A stretch of 64,000 bases of DNA from Octopus sinensis (lineage: Eukaryota). The stretch spans positions 13,838,464-13,902,463 of the forward strand of contig NC_043011.1 in NCBI RefSeq assembly GCF_006345805.1, written 5' to 3'. The position numbers and the translations under genes are program-made. Positions within the stretch are counted from its first letter, which is position 1. The number at the start of each line of letters is the position of its first letter. Shown piece after piece: positions 47,521-59,500 of the stretch. The notes under the pieces are model-generated. The model saw nothing but the letters and a program-made list of their open reading frames with translations, was not told the origin of the DNA and did not search any database.

Positions 47521-50500
47521 ACCGAAGCCGCAAAGAAGCAACTCCTCCGCCTTTACTGCTTATGCCAGCTAATGGAGGACTTACGCTTAACCCACCCGAG
47601 CAGCCCAATGTGTTAATGCCTGTCGTGCAATCAGAAACCGCTCCTTTGTTTTGTTCAGGTACGTCATGTAATTTAGATATTTGTATATATAAACACACGT
47701 ATACATCCCCCCCGACTCGTCATCTCTCACCTTCAACAAACTGACCATCTGTCACACGAATTACAGATTATCACCTCCAATGTCCACTCGGGTTGCGATG
47801 GAAAACAAATTGTTTAATGAAGCTTTCATAATTATAACATTTTTTCGAAGCATTTGTCCTCATGCTCAACATTATTTCATTGTTGTTCAGTATTATCACG
47901 AGTACACATGATGCTCGCACAGAACCTCGCCCCCTTAACACTACAAAGTATGTTTACTATCATAACAACCCCTTCTAAATTTCCCCAGGACGCACACACA
48001 CAAAAAAGGGGGCTCTGTAAAAGCGTAAAAGTTGGGTATTTAAAAAAAAAACTATTCTATCCATCTCATGTCACGGGTGTAATAATACTAAAAGGGATGT
48101 CAGAAAAGGGCACGACATGGGGGAAGGATGTAAAAAATTAAATTTTTTAGACATATTATTATTTCACAGAAGGGAATAAATAACCCTTGTTCTCTTTTCT
48201 TCTCTGTGAAGTAGTGATAGCTCTTCTGAATGTCCACTGATCAGAGAGAGATTACATTTGTCTCAGACGTATGTAATGATAAAAATGTACCGTTACTTGA
48301 CCTATTACCTAACGATGTAATATTTGATGATTTTCCCCTCATGCTTATCAAATATATAGTCTTCTATCATTAGCTTGTGACGATAACTGTGAAAAAAAGA
48401 CAATAGTATAATATATAAATACTATTTATTATCCGTTTTTTTCATCTGCCAAAATATATTGGTTGTTTGAAATTCTATATAATAATAATAATAAAATCTA
48501 GCTGAGATGTTATTTTTTTTTCATGAATCGAAATATACTTTAATTATCCTCGAGAAGAACATCTTATATCAAATATATTCATAATCCCTTAATATTTTGA
48601 TATGAAAGTTTGTGACACGACTACTTAATCTTGACAGTGTCAGCTGTTACACACTTTCTCAGCTGACCATTGATTTTTATGTCATATTTTTATATTGTCA
48701 ACTAAGTTATGTGGAAACTAGTATTTCTCCTTTTTTCGCTTTCTGTTCTATTCTGAAAGGACGCACCTTTTTTTTCTTTCTCTCTCCGAGGAAAGAGGTC
48801 TGTTTGAAACACCGGAAACTTCCCCTCGTAATGACATACCAACTTCAATAACTTTTTATACTATTAAATACAATTTTTACCGACTCAAAAACCACTACTC
48901 GACTCTTTGGATTTCTATCTTATCTCGAACCGAAATTTTATTCTATCTTCCAGCATTAGGTCATATTTCGTTTACCAAGCTATGGCAGCGCAGATGTCAT
49001 CTTATCTAGTATCAATTAATTTAACTCATTCACGACGTCATTTGACCATATTAACTGAAAAGTCACCTCCTTATGATGATGATGTTGGCCACTATTGTAG
49101 ACATTGTGTAGAGATTTTAGGTTTTGGCAACTGTGGTTTGTTAAACAAGCCAATTCACCAATCGTAACCTATCATATTTCCCATGGATAATTCGTGTTTA
49201 AGATAAATATCTTTCATCTCTTAATATCTAGCACAAGTACAATAATTCGGTAGCATACCGTAACGCTATTTCTTTCTTTTTTTTTTTGCATTCTTAACCA
49301 TACCTTAATTTTTCTATGATGATGAGTAAAAGACTTGTCACCAATTATTTTGTTAACGCAGACGTAAGCTTAAGAAGGAAGAACAACTTACAGAAACTCG
49401 TCATTATCAGCCAAAGTTTGATAAATAAAATTACTTAGAGCAGCATATTTATATGATGTAATATAATTAGAATTTACTGAGACTATGGCCAGCTATAACG
49501 AAAATCAGTTCAGTAGAAACACCTTAACGTGCAATTAAAAGGTTCCGATTATTATTATTGAGAGAGAGCAGCGCAAATATACCCGTCTGATAAGGGTACA
49601 CCAGGCATATACATCACGACCATGTGTGCGTGGCTTTTATGGGTTTTTCCACGAGTAACCTTTCGAAGTGCCTCCTCCTATTGGGAGTTTTAATTGTTAC
49701 TTATATTTCGTTGTTATCCTGCTTTTGTACACGGACTTTTCCAAACGGACAAAACCCTTTGTAACTTTCGTCCTGTGTTTTGTCCCTTTGTGTTTTAATT
49801 GATTCTTGTTAGCCCCTGTGGCCAGTAAACGAACTAATTATTATTGAAGACGTCACACAGTATCCAATATAGTCGAGTTGTAGATTGGAGATATTGTAAA
49901 TTTACCGAAGCTGTTGTGTGTTCCAGGGGTTTGTACTGTTTGTCAAGTCACAACAAGGACCTCAGACAGTACTTTACGCAATATGCGTGCAGTTCCACGT
50001 AATGCCGACTTTTGCAATACACCAATATTGTAGGGTATTTCTAAAGGGTCCCCTTCAGATTGGGTGGTATTGAACCCAATGCTCCGATGACAACAGAGAC
50101 AACCTTTATGTTTGACTCACGCAACTGCCACATCTTGGCAATCTCAATTCTCAGGTCTCCATATCTGTCGACCTTGTCTTTCGTCATAATATGTTAATCA
50201 CCCGGCACTGTCACGTCCATTATTAGTCATTCTTGTTTGTCCCTCCTGAAGGTTACTATATCCGGCCTTATTATTATTAGTGGCATTTCTTCCGTCCTTA
50301 CGTTCTGAGTTCAAATTCCGCTGAGGTCGACAAGTTAAATACCAGTGAAACACTGGGGTCGACAATCGACCCGTCCCTTCCCCCCAAATTGCAGGCCTTG
50401 TGCCTTTAGTAGAAAGGATTATTATTGTTGTTGGTGTTATGTATAATAGAGCCAGGCATCGAGCATATTAGTCTTCAAAAAGAATACCCATGTTCGAGGC

Positions 50501-53500
50501 TAAGATTATTTTCCTCATCATGGAGCACTAACATTAAAATTATATTTTTGAATGCCATATCGCCATTGTATTTTTAGAGAAGTTATGTTAATTTGATGAT
50601 TATTGTTTATTGTATTGCGTTGTTATTTAACCACAGGTCTGTTCTGATGGAGCAGACCTTTATTGAGGTTTGAAATGTTGCATCAGTCTAACTGGCTGGG
50701 GACTAATTAGGATAATTACATTAACCTTTCATTGACTACGGCAGTGGTTCTCAACCTTCTGTACCTCAACCTTACCCCCTGCTTTTCATCAGCTGACATC
50801 TTGCAAATACCCTTCACTTATTATGTTTTGTCTTTTTTTTAAATGAGGCAAAATTCAATCAGCCTTTTTCATAGTTTATTGTCCCTATTTTCTATGCTGC
50901 CTACGCATCATGTGCTCCTATTTTGATATTCATGTGAATTAGTGCTCCCCATGTCATTTGTATGGAATTGCTAAAGAAGACAAGGATATATCTACAAAGT
51001 TTTAGATTTTGTTCTCCAATCAGCTTTCCCAAACTGACCAACTCCCTCAGCCCATTCTTATTGATGATGCTCCTCTACTGCAAGCACACTCCTGCTATCT
51101 TAGAAGCACAATCTCTGACACTGAACTCCTTGCACCGAATCAACTTGGCCTCTGCAACTTTCAGGAGACTCAATAAACTGTTCTTTCAAAACAAGAACCT
51201 TAGAGCGAGTACAAAAATCTTTGTTTATCAAGCAGTCTGTGTATCCAACCTCTTGTATGGGTGTGAGTGCTGGACCCTTTATCGGTGCTAGATCAGACAA
51301 CTAGAAATGTTCCATATCAGATCACTCCAAAATATCCTTGGTCTTGTGTGGAAGGACAAGATGCCTCATACTGAAATCCTCCTGAGGGCTGAGAGCTATA
51401 GTACTGAGGCTTGTATCCTTCGTCATATTCTCTGCTGGGTTAGCCATATGATTCAGATGCCTGGTCACTGGCTCCCAAAGACAGTCCTCTTCAGTGAGAT
51501 CGAGACTGGAGGTAGGCCTCATGGATGTCCAAAACTTCGTTTTGATGATCATCGTAATTAAGCAGTCTTATTTTTATTCAGTGTCCCTCCCAATTGATTG
51601 GAACCTCTGGCTGTTAACCAGAAGGTATGGGTGTCTGTGTGTGATGCTGGAGTAGAGCGCTTTGAAACCAAATGCAAGAGACTGTATGAAGAGAGGACAA
51701 GACATCATCATCAACCTGCAGTTGTTTGGTGCCCTCAGTGCCACAGTATCTGCTGATCTTGTGTTCGTCTTGTCAGCCATGTCGTCTGCTCTCATGAGAA
51801 ACAATATGCTGGAGGTAGAGGTGGCTGAATGTCTTGGATTGATGCTGTCATCACGTTTGATGGACTGATATCAGTGTAAGCAAATAATATATACATCTCT
51901 AGTGTTATATTTGGGAATGGTCTTATTTTTGCCAATTAAACACATGCGTTATATAGTGGTTTTCACTTCAGCTTTATTATTTTAAGTGTCCTTTGTCTAT
52001 GCTCTTTCATCAAACCTCTTGTAGCCTTTCCTGTGACTCTTCATCCCACGTGTCTCTTCCAATTCTATTTGTGTGATAAAAGAGCTTAGACAGAAGGCGC
52101 TAAAATATTAATAATAGTAATAAAGTTGAAGTGAGGTGAATAACTGGCAAAAACATGACCATCCTCAAAAAAAAAAAAAGCCTGTTTCAACACAAGATTT
52201 CACAATAGGAATATTGTAAAACAACTACATAAACATGTGTGTATGTATATATATCCAAATTAAGAGATGTGGATTAAATCCAGGCTACATATGTTTCCTT
52301 GCTACTCATCAAGCTGAAGATACCTTAGTTAAATGAAGGCTAAGCATTTTAAATCACATCTCCTGCAAGTTAACTCAGGATCCCTTGACTTGATGAATAG
52401 CTAGTGGAGTACTCCTTGTTGAGTAGTAATCATTACTTCTCAGGTTCTGCTAGCTAGGAAACATACGGAGCCTGGATTTTACCTGCCCCCATTTCCTCTC
52501 TTTGGATTTTAATTTACATTCATAGCAGCCCTAAATACTAACTGTGAACTGTAAAATAACTTTTTACAGGTTATCAAACTTTGATATGAGAAAAACCTAC
52601 AACCTTCTACACCAATAAACTATTATTGTTCTTGAAAGTTGTTTCTTTCTGCCTACTATGAACTGCTTGAAGCTTACTAACTTACTACACCTAGATCCTT
52701 GGATCTTAAAATTGCATACCAATATATCATCATCATCTAATGTCTGTTTTCCATGCTGGCATGGGTTGGATGGTTTGAGGTCTGGAAAGCCAGCAGCTAC
52801 ACCGGTCTCCAATCTGATCTTGCAATGTTTCTACAGCTGGATGCCCTTCCTAATGCCAACCACTCCGAGAGTATAGTGGGTGCTGTTTACATGCCACCAG
52901 CACAGGAGTCAGTCAGGTGGCCCTGGCATCGATCACGTTTGGATAGCGCTTTTTACATGCCACCAGCACAGGAGCCAGTCAGGGGTCACTGGCATCAGCC
53001 ACATTCGGATGATGCATTTTATGTGCCACTGGCACAGGAGCCAGTCAGGCAGCATGGCATCAACCACGTTCAGATGGTGCTTTTTACATGCTACTGAAAC
53101 AGGAGCCAGTCAGGGGGCACTGACCACAGCTACGATTTTGGTTTTACTTGACACAACAGGTTTTCTCAAGCATATATCAGCCAACAGGTCATTTAAAAGT
53201 TAAATGGGCCGGACATGCAACATTGGCCATGGCTGCGATCTCACTTTAGTTGCCGGGTCTTCTCAATCACAACATATCTCCAAAGGTCTTGGTCTTCTGG
53301 CATTGCCTCTGAGGTTCAACATTCAAAGGTCATGCTTCACCACTTCATTCCATGTCTTCCTGGGTCTACTTCTTCCACAGGTTCCTTCCATAGTTAGGGT
53401 GTGACACTTCCTCACACAGCTGTCCTCATCCATACGTAACACATGATCATACCAGTGCAGTCGTCTCTCTTGCACATCACATTTGATGTTTCTTATGTCC

Positions 53501-56500
53501 AACTTTTATCTCAGTGTGCTTACACTGTCATGTATGCACACTGGCATTACACATCCAGCGGACCATACTAGCTTCATTTCTTTCAAGCCTACGCATGTCC
53601 TCAGCAGTTATGGCCCATATTTCACTGCTGCGTAGCATGGTATTTCGCATACATGCATCATACAGTCTACCTTTCATCTTGAGCGAGAGGCCCTTAGTTG
53701 CCAACAGAGGTAGGAGCTCTCTGAACTTTGCTCAACTATTCTTATTCTAGCTGCTACACTTTCAGAGCAATCACCCCCACTACAGATTTGGAAGCAAATT
53801 GTGAATGTTGGACATAGGCATACCTATTTCTTTATTACCCACAAGGGGCTAAACATTAGAGGGGACAAACAAGGACAGACATAGGTATTAAGTCGATTAC
53901 ATCAACCCCAGTGCGCAACTGGTACTTAATTTATCGACCCCGAAAGGATGAAAGGCAAAGTCGACCTCGGCGGAATTTGAACTCAGAACGTAATGGCAGA
54001 CGAAATAGAGCTACGCATTTTGCTTGGCGTGCTAATGTTTCTGCCAGCTCGCCAAGCATACCATCAGTTAATGTTTCACCTCACTGTTAACCCAACGTCA
54101 CTGATATTCTAATCCTGATGCAGAGTTTTTAAAAAATGTGTTTAAAATATAAGAAATGTATCTGATTTGAATATTTGATTTTAAAGCAAAATCATGTCCT
54201 TTCTAAACATGCAGCACATTTTGACATTTGCTGTTTCTTTGTTAGCTTATATCACCCCATGTGGGAGGTGAAGGGGGAGTCTTGAAGATAACCCAGGTTA
54301 AAAAACGCTATCTCAAAGGGTTACAACACTGTGTTGGCCATATTTTCCAGCATCCAAGCCAGCACTATATACAGTGTAAGCATTCAAATATTGTCTCTAT
54401 CTTCACAAATCCAGCTGCATTTCTCATTTCGTTTTTTATTTTTGTTCCTTCTCGAGCCATGTCTGGCTCATAAGGGCTGGTTTCCTGGTTTCTTGGCGTA
54501 TAGGTTCCCAACCTGGATGGGACCCTGGTCCATTGCAGGTGACCTGAACAATGCAGGGCAAAAGAGTTTTCGGAACATACATTTAGAGCTTATGTTGATT
54601 TAGTTTTGAGTTTTTTTAGTTGACCAACAAAGTTGCTGATTAGTTGTACGATAGGGATGATGTGATAGTAACAGTATGACATTTCAACCGATTGTCAGCT
54701 TTATGGAATTTAAAGAATTTGATTTGAAGGCTGACATAGTTCTCAGTTTTCACTGGATTTAAGTGGACTTAATTGTTGAAAAGTTATAATTGCTTTTGTG
54801 TTTATTTCATTTTATTTTATATATATATATATATATAAATACAATAAGAGGCTTCCAAATAGGAAAGCGTTGTGCTAGAAAGAGCAGTAGAAATCTCAAA
54901 GACCACAAAAATAGGATAAATTCTCTAAAGGAATGAAAATTAAAAACGTTTACCATCTCAACTATTTCCCAGACCATGGTTTCTAACTATTTCTAGCAAA
55001 AAAATATTCGCTGAAGGCCAGTTTTCATCCGTGGGATAGCCTTTAGATTTCAGACATACAGACAGCCAGACCCACACGTAGAACTAATGGTTTTGTATAT
55101 CCTAACTTTTCAAACCACTGCGCAGACGCAGATTATACCTGGTGACAGAGAGGATGCTGATAAAAATATTTGTTTAAATTATGTATTATGTTTATATATA
55201 TATAGGTGCAGGAGTGGCTGTGTGGTAAGTAGCTTGTTTACCAACCACATGGTTCTGGGTTCAGTCCCACTGCATGGCACCTCGAGCAAGTGTCTTCTAC
55301 TATAGCCTCGAGTTGACCAAAACCTTATGAGTGGATTTGGTAGATGGAAACTAAAAGAAGCCTGTCGTATATATGGATATATATAGATATATATATATAT
55401 GTATATGTATGTGTGTGTGTGTATATGTTTGTACATCTGTGTTTGTCCCCCCAACATCACTTGACAACCGATGGTGGTGTGTTTAGGTCCCTGTAACTTA
55501 GCAGTTCGGCAGAAGAGACTGATAGAATAAGTACTAGGCTTACAAAGAATAAGTCCTGGGGTTGATTTGCTCGACTAAAGGCAGTGCTCCAGCATGACCG
55601 CAGTCAAATGACTGAAGCATGTAAAAGAGTATATATATATATACTCTTCATCATTATTGCTTTAATGTCCACATTTCCATCATTCTGATATATTTGTAAG
55701 ATGAAACTTATTGAGGTAGTTTTCTTTTAAGATGACCATCCTGGATTATAATTCCAATTTCTAAGATTGCTATCATTATTATTACTGTTGCAAGGAAACC
55801 TACTGATGATGCTTGATTTTGCTGGATGTGTATCTATTTGTTAAACCACATAAGTTTTTGTAGAAAAATAATATCCTCGATAAATGCCTATCCACCAACC
55901 TCCCTAAGCTATCCTCCCAGTATAAGAAGCTATTATGTGCTGCCTTTGCTTTTTTTTTTCTGTCACTATAGTCTTCTTCATGACTTATATATCATCATCG
56001 TTTAATGTCTTCCTTCATAAGAGCAAGGTCATCAGCATAGAGGAGCTCCCAGGGGCAGCCTGTCTTGAATTCCTCTGTTATTGCCTGGAGGATTATGATA
56101 AATAGGAGGGAGCTGAGGACTAAACCTTGGTGGACCTCTACCTGGAATCCTTCACTGTACTCGTTGCCAACACTCACCTTCCTGACAGTGTTTAACCATT
56201 CATCTATTCCTAGTTTCCTCATTGATCACAAGATAAGGGATCAGGAGACCCTGTCAAAGGCTTTCTCCATATCAACGAAAGCCAGGTATGGGGGTTTATC
56301 TTTGGCTAGGTATTTATCTTGCAGCTGTCTTACCAGAAATATAGCATCAATGGTGCTTTTCCCTGGAACAAACCCAAACTGCATCTTGTCTAGACCATGT
56401 ATATGTACTATTTACATGCATACCAAACTAGTTTCAACAATATTTTTTGTTTATTAATGGTAAAAGTTTAAAATTATAAATGAGAAAAACAACTTTGAAA

Positions 56501-59500
56501 ATTTCAATGTTGAGAAGTAAAAATGTTTCAGTGTTGACAGATTAAATTGTTCATAACTGACAAATTTAGAATTATGAATTAGGAGGACAGGTACAGGCAT
56601 TTCATTGTTGACAAGTTTATTGTTCATAGTAGTCAATAATATTAAAACTGTACTTCAGTTTGTTTGAATGTACAGAGCTCATTAATGTTAGTAGTAATCG
56701 ACAAGAAATGAGTATCATCAAATTTTCAGTCATACTGAGTTAAGAAGAGGGGAAAAAAACAAGGGAGGAATGAAGATAATAAAAAAAAGGGAATTTGGCT
56801 TACAGTTTCTCTGATCCTCTTTCCATAGACGGTTTCGCTTGTAGTGGTACGTTTTGGAATCAGGTGTATTTATAATTTTTTGTGCGAGCGGATCCGATTT
56901 TTGATTCGTTAAAATACTTGTTTTTCCAGTGGTCAAGTTTGTCATTCTGCCTGGTTGGCTTCCCTGTGGGGAACGGTCATCAGTCGTTCCAGTTGGTCGA
57001 TTCTCTTAAAGGGTCATTTCGTATTTGCTGAAGTTCGATTTTGATTGGTCTAGAGTTAGGTGATGTCAGCAACTGGTGTTTGTAAAATTTTATTGGCCTA
57101 GAGGTAGGTGATGCCAGCAACTCTTGTCTGTATGGTGAGTCGGAGTTGCGGTTTCAAAACTTGGGTGGAAGACTGTTATTAAAGATTTTTAAAAATTGTT
57201 TATTGTTCCTGGTTATTTTTTGTGGAGAAATTGAGTCTTCTTTCCTTTTTCTTTTGACTGCTTTTTCCTTCTTTCTAAAGGATACTCAGCTGTGGTTTAT
57301 ATTTTTTAATGAGTATGCTTTCCTTATTTAAACGGAATTAGGTTGAAGTGTTTCCAGGGCATTGATAGAGAGGGAAGATGTCTTACAGGGCATTGGTCTA
57401 AGTGCTTGCTTACTGGAATTTTCCTAGTTGTGGGGTCTCTGATTTGTTGCTGTGCACTGTAAGACACACTTAAAACTTTATCTTACATATCAACACACCA
57501 TCCAAGGAACATTGAAGCATATAACATCATCCACTAAAACATAACCCTCCTTATGAAGGACCCGTGAATGAAAAAGGCACTGGAAACACACAGGATTATT
57601 AAAAGCTAGAGATAACCACAATCCCTAAAAAAGTTACTCACCAGCACCAAATTACCCACCAAAAATACAACCCCAATAGTCAAAAAGTGCAACCGCCCTA
57701 ACCACGGAACTTGCATCTTCCTTTTAGAGGGTTCAACATACAAATTTAAGTCAGGTCGAATTTTTACCATAAAAAAATCACTTCACCTGTGCTTCGAAGA
57801 ACTTAATCTATGTTCTCAAATGTGGAGGGTGTGGTGGAGAGTACATAGGTCAAACTAGCTTAACTTTAAAGGATAGACTTACTGTGCATAGGCAACAAAT
57901 CCAGTACCCCATGACTAGGAAAATTCCCGTAAGCAAGCACCTAGATCAATGCCCCGTAGACATAAACCCGAAATACCAAATCTTCCCTCTCTGTCAATGC
58001 CCTGGAAACACTTCAACCCAATTCTGTTTATAAACCTTAATAATTACCACCGTCCTAACTACATTAATGTGAACAAACCTATAAATGGTGGCAACATAGC
58101 CCATAACTATAATTAAAGATTAAAATAGGAACATTCAAGCAACAAACAGAGAAAAGAGGAATAATCAAAATAAGATAATTTACTATAATGATATGAACAA
58201 CCATAATACTCTAATTAGTAAGGATAGGAACAACATTGTAACAAAGAAATCTATACCATGTATGAAAAGATTTGACTCTCTGAATACAACCCAATTCTTT
58301 ACCAAAGCAGACAACGAGAAAACCATTTGGGTGGTAGTTTAATAAAAGATACAGTGATGAATTATCTGTTTTGTATTATTATTATTATTATTATATGAAG
58401 TTTCAAATTTTTTTTTTAATGCAGATGAGGAGGCAGAGGCTGATAGCTTTGTTGGACAGAATGTACCAGAAAATGCCACTTCTTCAGCCAGTCAGCAAGC
58501 AAGCCCTTTTAATATGTTTCAACAATCTAATTCTGCAAGTGTAGACCCTTTCTCACAAGTTGGTCACAATCTTCCTTCTACGTCACAACAGAAGACCATT
58601 CCAAAGACGGATGCTCCTGTAATGTTTACATCAGCTTCTTTTCCAAATATGCCATCTGTTCCTCAAAAGCCTCCCGATCCTGTTACAACAAGTACCATAC
58701 CAGACAGGAGCAAACCACCATCTATGTCATCTTTTGTTGCAGTTAGTTCACCAGAAGCTAGTAAGACTTATTTACCTATAATCCAACATATAACACAGTC
58801 ATTGGTTCAATAACTTGCATGATAATTCATTTATTTGTTGTTTTTGATTTTGAGCGTTTTTTTAGCACCACTTTCATTTAAAAAGAAATAAAAATTTTAT
58901 TTAAAATTTGAATATATATTTTATATACAAGCATGGGCATGGCTGTATTGATCCTGGGTTTGATCCCACTGCAGTACTTTTGATAAATGTCTTTTGCCCA
59001 AACCTCAGGTTGACAATGCCTTGTAAGTGAAATTTATAATAATAATAATAATGAAATTATTGTATACAGTGCTCAGGTGCACCACAACTTGTCAAAAAGT
59101 GCATATAAAGTATATGCAGTCAGATACATGCTTGTGTGTGTATGGAGGGGAGAAAATCAGGTGTAGTGTTGGCGAATCTCAGGAAGCATGGAAGTTTTGA
59201 AGGATGCAGTGCTCCAACAACTAACGACTGATGCCGGCAGTTTGTTCCATGCTTCAGCAACTCTCTATGCTGAAGCCTGTCTCACATATATGTAATGGTT
59301 AAAAAGTTGCCTTTGAAATCACTTAGCTTTGGGGTTCATCTTTCTGTGTGTCACCTCGTAGGGCAAGTGCCTTTTTTTTTTTTATTACAGTTTCAGGCTG
59401 ACTCTTTACTCTCTTTTACTTGTTTCAGTCAGTTGACTGTGGCCATGCTGGAGCACCGCCTTTAGTCGAGCACATCGACCCCAGGACTTATTCTTTGTAA

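Noticed and set aside
52878-53130. Regularly spaced repeats resembling a CRISPR array
   Set aside because: The whole 66-bp unit is repeated with no unique spacers, it lies in an RTE 3'UTR, and there are no cas genes in this eukaryotic DNA.
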